Of a stretch of 64,000 nt of DNA, positions 59,067 to 64,000 are shown piece by piece. Position numbers and translations under genes: made by a program. Numbering within the stretch: the stretch's first letter is position 1; every line of letters starts with the position of its first letter. The notes beneath the pieces were generated by a model. That model had not been told where the DNA came from. It did no database searches and was given only the letters and a program-made list of their open reading frames with translations. This DNA comes from Candidatus Bathyarchaeota archaeon (lineage in GTDB: Archaea > Thermoproteota > Bathyarchaeia > 40CM-2-53-6 > RBG-13-38-9): assembly GCA_963807605.1 (NCBI GenBank), contig CAWECG010000001.1, positions 288,001 to 352,000 of the forward strand. Direction: 5' to 3'.

Positions 59067-59897
59067 ATGGTTTCTAGAACTGTTTTAATTGCTGCGGTCA
59101 TTGTTGTACTGTTAGCGGTTGGCGGTTGCATGTACATTCTGAAATCTTTGACACCCGCTCCCGTGTCGACCCCAGCTACAGGAGAAAGCTCCGTATCGAC
59201 ATCTACGCCTGCTTCACCAACAGAATATAACATTACCACAGAAGACGTGACCTATTTTGCCAATACTACTGGCTATCTTGCAAAGCCAGCTGTATCCGGT
59301 AATTATCCCGGTGTGATAATGATTCACGAGTGGTGGGGACTTACAGAGAATATCAAGACGAAGGCTAGGCAACTTGCGTCGCAGGGCTACACTGTCTTAG
59401 CAGTTGACCTCTTCAATGGCGAGATTGCTACAACATCTGAGAGAGCGATGCAGCTTGTCTCTTCTCTCGATCAAAACAAGGCTCTGGAGAACATGAGATC
59501 GGCCATCGTGTATCTGAGAACCAGTGAAAATATCAGCAAGGTAGCCTCATTGGGTTGGTGCTTTGGTGGCGGACAGTCGCTACAGCTCGCTTTAAGCGGT
59601 GAAAGACTTGATGCTACAGTCATTTACTATGGGCAACCAGTTACTGATGAGTCGAAGTTGTCCTCCATAAATTGGCCTGTACTCGGCATTTTTGGCGATA
59701 AAGATATCACTATACCAGTCAGCAAGGTGAAGGAATTCAGTTCTATCTTAGATAAACTTGGAATCGAGAATGAAATCTATATTTATCCAGGTGTCGGCCA
59801 TGCTTTTGCAATCCCTTCTAATCCCAACTATGCTCCGAAAGAGGCTGCGGACGCGTGGGAGAGGACGTTGGTATTCCTCAACAAGTACCTCAAATAG
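59067..59897 (+). CDS. Dienelactone hydrolase family protein, membrane-anchored
   Basis: IHEWWGL, GWCFGG, GDKD, GHAF; N-terminal TM. Confidence 0.92.
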   Translation: MVSRTVLIAAVIVVLLAVGGCMYILKSLTPAPVSTPATGESSVSTSTPASPTEYNITTEDVTYFANTTGYLAKPAVSGNYPGVIMIHEWWGLTENIKTKARQLASQGYTVLAVDLFNGEIATTSERAMQLVSSLDQNKALENMRSAIVYLRTSENISKVASLGWCFGGGQSLQLALSGERLDATVIYYGQPVTDESKLSSINWPVLGIFGDKDITIPVSKVKEFSSILDKLGIENEIYIYPGVGHAFAIPSNPNYAPKEAADAWERTLVFLNKYLK

Positions 59898-60221
59898 CCT
59901 CTTTCTGAAGCAAACGTGAACTGGTCTATGTGATAGTTCATTCTCTCAACGGTTTTGTTGAAGCAGAGGCTAACCTTTAAGGAACGAGTAATAGCGTGTT
60001 AAGAATTCGATTGACTGTGACTTCGCCTAGCGCGCTATGCTGCGACACGCCAATAGCAAAGACTACGCGGACGTTGCATAATGCAGAGTGTCTTAGGTGA
60101 GAGCAGTAGTCGTGGCGATCCGTGTCCATCAACGACCGTTTAAATATGATTGCGCATCGTAATGGTCCGTAAGCTCCCAGAATTAAGGGACGCATCACCC
60201 CACAGCTGGGTTCAGAATCAC

Positions 60222-61421
60222 ATGGATTTGCTCTTAGATATCGCTTCATTCCTGATATATGCTATAGGCTCGATCCTGCTGGCCGCATCGATCTTCTACT
60301 TGATTACGGTGTGGAATGTAAGAAGACCCAAGCTGGAGTATACTTTCTTTCCAAGAGTGAGTTTGATGGCTTATGCTTGGCAGTCAGGGAACGTCATTGA
60401 AAGAAAAATCAACAACTTCCTTGAACAGGACTATCCACGAGACAGGTTTGAAGTCATAATATATGACAATGACTCGACTGATGAGACTAAGGACATTTGT
60501 CTCAAATATGAAAATTTGGGATTGATTAAGTACTATAGGTCGCTGAGAGCTTACGATAGGAAAGCCCCAGTTCTAGATCAAGCGATTGAAGTTGCCACGG
60601 GAGAGATAATAGCATTAACGGATCCGGATGGCGTGTGTGAGAGAGACTGGGTAAAGAAGATAGTTCAACCGTTCAAGGACCCTAAGGTTGGGGGTGTCGC
60701 CGGAATCACGCATTGCGGTAACTATTACGTGAATTTGTTCACGAAGCTGCGGGCGATAGAGGATGAATGGTGGTACAACATATCAGTTCTCGGAAAGAGT
60801 GGGAAGGTGAGGATTAGCAGTTTTGAACCGTTGTGTGGGGCTAACTACGCTTTAAGGAGAGCCGCTTGGGAGAGTGTGGGGAGAACCCATGGAAAAAGCC
60901 TGGTAGAAGACTATGAGATGACGTTGAGACTTTACGGAAAAGGTTGGAAGATGGCATGTGCCGATGCTAATGTTTGGCAGGAAGAGGTTGACGATGTGGG
61001 CGAGTACATAAGACAGAGAAGGAGATGGTATCAGTCCCCTATTCAGAAAATAGTTGAGGGCAAAGGGAAACTCGATAAGACGTTAGGGGCGCTTCCAATC
61101 TCGATGCAGGCGACAGCCTTTCTATCATTACTCTACTTAGTGATAGTATGTGGGTACCAGGCTATTCGTGATGGACTGGGGTTCTTCAGCCTTATCTTTG
61201 CCATGCCTCTCTTGCTCACGTACTTTGCTCTCGCACTTGGACTGATTAAAGTCGGCAAGGCCAGTTTGCTAAGGTATGTACCTCTTTTTTTGGCATTTGA
61301 TAGTGCATTGCAATTGATCATTTTCGCAGAGACAAAACTCAGATTCGGAGAAGAGCGACACTGGGTTCAGCTGGCCAAGGGAGAGTACTATCACTCGGGC
61401 GCCGCGATGAGAACGGACTAA
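60222..61421 (+). CDS. Family 2 glycosyltransferase, processive type
   Basis: DNDSTD, TDPD, VED, QRRRW; flanking TM helices. Confidence 0.9.
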   Translation: MDLLLDIASFLIYAIGSILLAASIFYLITVWNVRRPKLEYTFFPRVSLMAYAWQSGNVIERKINNFLEQDYPRDRFEVIIYDNDSTDETKDICLKYENLGLIKYYRSLRAYDRKAPVLDQAIEVATGEIIALTDPDGVCERDWVKKIVQPFKDPKVGGVAGITHCGNYYVNLFTKLRAIEDEWWYNISVLGKSGKVRISSFEPLCGANYALRRAAWESVGRTHGKSLVEDYEMTLRLYGKGWKMACADANVWQEEVDDVGEYIRQRRRWYQSPIQKIVEGKGKLDKTLGALPISMQATAFLSLLYLVIVCGYQAIRDGLGFFSLIFAMPLLLTYFALALGLIKVGKASLLRYVPLFLAFDSALQLIIFAETKLRFGEERHWVQLAKGEYYHSGAAMRTD

Positions 61422-61553
61422 CATCATCAAGCGCACGATGTCAGACCGATGTCATGACCGAATCTAGGCTTTAGTTCAACAATATCCTTGACCGCAATCA
61501 TAAGCTTGACACGGAAAAAAGGAAAAGGGATACTTCGCGCGCGCTAGCTCGTG

Positions 61554-62219
61554 CTAGTCTACCCATGTGGTAGCCTCTGTAACCTTCGGGCGCTCGATTG
61601 GAGGAGGGGTTGCGCTTGCATAGCCTATAAGACACCCGTCCAAAGCGAATTCCCCATACGGAATACTCAGTAAAGCACAAAACTGTCTATCTTCTGCCAT
61701 TTGTGCTGTCACTGAGAACAATCGGAATCCAAGACCTAGCGCGGTTGCCTTCAGCCACATGTTCTGCAGACAGTGTGCAAGAGACTGGAGTTCTACCGCT
61801 GGGATCCCCTTCCGCTCAGCAACTATGACATAGTACGGAGCCCTGCCAATATCGGGGATACCATGCTGACTCATCATTTCCAGTGTTCGTGCGAAAGCTC
61901 GCCCATGTTGTTGCAGGAAAGGATTCTGCTTCATTTGTCTACCAAATTGCTCACTTAGAATTGCTACTCTGCGCTTGATGACTTCGCTCAGCTGTTTTGT
62001 TACCTGACTATCACGCGGGACCACAACGAATCGGCGGTAGTCTTTTCCAGATACAGCCAATCCCGCAAACGGTGCTAGCTGACCAGCTCGAATAATCTGC
62101 TCGATGAGTGTCCTCGGCGGAATGTCGCGTTTGAACTCCCTAATTGTACGTCTTGCCTCAAGAATGTCGTCAAGTGCCTCATTGTGCTCCTTACTGGTAA
62201 CCGAAGCCATGAGTATCAT
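61554..62219 (-). CDS. Nitroreductase family protein
   Basis: RRTIREF, AGQLAP, QNMWLKATALGLG, IGY. Confidence 0.88.
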   Translation of the reverse strand: MILMASVTSKEHNEALDDILEARRTIREFKRDIPPRTLIEQIIRAGQLAPFAGLAVSGKDYRRFVVVPRDSQVTKQLSEVIKRRVAILSEQFGRQMKQNPFLQQHGRAFARTLEMMSQHGIPDIGRAPYYVIVAERKGIPAVELQSLAHCLQNMWLKATALGLGFRLFSVTAQMAEDRQFCALLSIPYGEFALDGCLIGYASATPPPIERPKVTEATTWVD

Positions 62220-62334
62220 CCTCTAACCCTTACAGTCAGCAGAATAGCGCGTGCTAGTTGAAAAGTTTACCCAACATCAATCACTGTCGGATCTCTTGGT
62301 GCGCGCGCTACAAAGAACCGAGCTTTCAGTCGTT

Positions 62335-62931
62335 TCATAACTGAATATTGCTTGGAGCTGTGCGTTTGTGAGATTGGTTGTAGGCAATCTTCCGCCATCG
62401 CTTCTGCCAGCTCTTCCAACCGGTTTTCACAAGCTGCTCTCGAACCTTAGGGTCCTCGCTAACCCATTGAAGCAACGCCATAAACCTATTTCTTCCACTC
62501 TCTGGATCCAGCACCTTGGCAGGAACTCCCGTCTCCACACACCATTTGACGTAGCTTCTCTCGACCATTTCTTGAGGCTCTCCAGTCACCTCTACTTCTA
62601 CCAGGTTGTAGCCATTCTCATTCAAGTAGGCTCGAACTGCTGATAAAACGTACCCCGAGCAGACTTTGAACCGTGTGTATTTGTCAGCTCTCATCACCTC
62701 GATCATCTTGCGGACAATCTCAACAGCTTTCTCCAGGTACAGCTTTCTCTCGAATAATGGAGGCTGGAAGAATGTCACTGGAATCCTCCTCGCCATATAC
62801 CGTCCAGATGACAGTTTCAAGCCGCCTACAACAACGCCAAGAAGCAGATCTCCCCAGCCGCTGTCATCAATCACTATGTCGTCTGCTGTTCTTCGAAATC
62901 TATCCAAAGTAGTCGTCTTCAGTGCATCCAA
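62335..62931 (-). CDS. Hypothetical protein, possible RNase H-like fold
   Basis: IVIDDSGWGDLLLGVVVG resembles the RNase HII-type first strand; LVKTGW. Confidence 0.5.
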   Translation of the reverse strand: MDALKTTTLDRFRRTADDIVIDDSGWGDLLLGVVVGGLKLSSGRYMARRIPVTFFQPPLFERKLYLEKAVEIVRKMIEVMRADKYTRFKVCSGYVLSAVRAYLNENGYNLVEVEVTGEPQEMVERSYVKWCVETGVPAKVLDPESGRNRFMALLQWVSEDPKVREQLVKTGWKSWQKRWRKIAYNQSHKRTAPSNIQL

Positions 62932-63152
62932 CCAACCTCAGGCTTCGTAGCTTTTCTCGTTGAGGTTGAAACCGAAGATCCTGATTAAAAAAGTGTAAGC
63001 ATACTTTGCCTATTATGCATTGTTTCCTTGGGATTCCAGCTACAGACCAACGCGCGCTAGAGGTACTTCATGTTCTCTTTCAGGAATAGTTTGTCGGCTC
63101 TGTTCGGTTTGTAGCTGTTCGATGAGGTTGTTCGGCATCGGCGGATGTCTAT

Positions 63153-63599
63153 TCAGAGCATCCTGTATCGTGGACCCCAATACAGATAGCTGGCCGCCAT
63201 TACAAGTGCTGTAATAGCGATGATTGGAAAAACCATGGACCATGTCATCCTATGCTCTGGTTTTGCTAATACAAGTATCACCGTCATAATAGATATGGTA
63301 ACGGCGGCTACGATAAGCATTCTAGTAACGAAACTTATCATATGCGCCTTCGGGTTTGTCGAGCGCTGCCCCGCAAACATGGCTAGAGTGAGGACTAGAA
63401 TTACTGCGCCCACGAAGGCAATGCTGTTTCCTGTGGGCGTGATGTAGATGTTTGTTCCCTGAAAAGTGTGATAGTACGTGAGGCTTGAGTTAGCGGGAAT
63501 CATAGGAGTAGAGCCAAAATCGAGAGTTCGAATGTACAACCCGACAAGAATCAAAACACATCCAAGAATTAGGAGTGACGCAACAATTCGTTTGCTCAT
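63153..63599 (-). CDS. Four-TM hypothetical membrane protein
   Basis: Four hydrophobic segments; ATGA overlap with the upstream RHH gene. Confidence 0.6.
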   Translation of the reverse strand: MSKRIVASLLILGCVLILVGLYIRTLDFGSTPMIPANSSLTYYHTFQGTNIYITPTGNSIAFVGAVILVLTLAMFAGQRSTNPKAHMISFVTRMLIVAAVTISIMTVILVLAKPEHRMTWSMVFPIIAITALVMAASYLYWGPRYRML

Positions 63600-63754
63600 T
63601 TCTTTCCCGCCCTCTTGCCGAGATATTCTCGAAGTGCTTCGTTGAAAATCGCGGTGTCCGTTTTGTCATGCTCTATAGCGTAGTGTTGCGTTTCTCGAAG
63701 AAGACTCTTTGGTAATCGGAAGGTTGTTTTCGTCATTTCCTGCTCAGTAGGCAA
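63596..63754 (-). CDS. Ribbon-helix-helix regulator (start approximate)
   Basis: KTTFRLPKSL...YAI...IFNEALREYL. Confidence 0.7.
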   Translation of the reverse strand: MPTEQEMTKTTFRLPKSLLRETQHYAIEHDKTDTAIFNEALREYLGKRAGKK

Positions 63755-63942
63755 TTGCGTTTTCCCTATAGTGATAGATAGCATGGCTAGAATATGTGCT
63801 TTGCCATATCGCTGGTTCGCCATACACACTTAAGTATGCCATACTCAGCTCCCTCTAACCTCTAAAGATAAACAGCTTTCCCCAACATTGGGGAAGGAAT
63901 TGTGTGTGCTCACCAAGGGACACCACCACACAGAAAAATGAC

Positions 63943-63967
63943 GGTTCAAATTCGCCTGCTCGCACCA
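63943..63967 (+). other. tRNA-3'-end-like sequence (possible att remnant)
   Basis: GGTTCAAAT...CTCGCACCA with no upstream tRNA body. Confidence 0.35.
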
Positions 63968-64000
63968 ATGAAAACACATACAAGTGCTGAAACGAGAGTT

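Larger units (their letters stand above)
58910..63060. repeat. Dispersed intergenic palindrome TAGCGCGC(GC)TA(G)
   Basis: Copies at 58910-58921, 60027-60037, 61536-61547, 62245-62257, 62299-62310 and 63050-63060. Confidence 0.75.

Noticed and set aside
214-63447. Many short antisense or nested ORFs in the six-frame track
   Set aside because: They are shadow ORFs overlapping well-supported genes and have no recognisable motifs.

Overview
Archaeal DNA, most consistent with a TACK/Bathyarchaeia-like organism (inferred from the single-OB SSB, aspS-gatCAB operon, PEF-CTERM proteins and archaeal-type integrases). (1) 1-6.4 kb: a tyrosine recombinase followed by unrelated single metabolic genes. 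(2) 6.4-13.3 kb: housekeeping genes (m5C RNA methyltransferase, moaE, ssb, gatCAB, aspS). (3) 13.5-27.4 kb: a respiratory island with ccmABCDE (CxxxY CcmE, no ccmF), a B12 radical SAM enzyme, a polyprenyl synthase, an orphan NrfC/NrfD (DmsBC-like) pair, a Tat-exported group 1 [NiFe]-hydrogenase with NarI-like and HdrD-like partners, and heme O synthase. (4) 27.5-37.8 kb: mixed housekeeping genes. (5) ~38-54.3 kb: a decaying integrated element with small DNA-binding genes, an orphan IS200/IS605 end, an intact Type I R-M system, pseudogenes, an 8-repeat beta-propeller surface protein with hypervariable loops, a casposase-like Cas1 remnant and a second integrase. (6) 54.4-64 kb: unrelated single genes in mixed orientation. 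The most striking unexplained signal is a short palindrome, about TAGCGCGC(GC)TAG, that is almost confined to intergenic DNA. It marks most gene boundaries in the two stretches next to the integrases and is the exact target of the one intact IS. No rRNA, complete tRNA or CRISPR array was recognised. All assignments come from motif reading by eye, without database searches.
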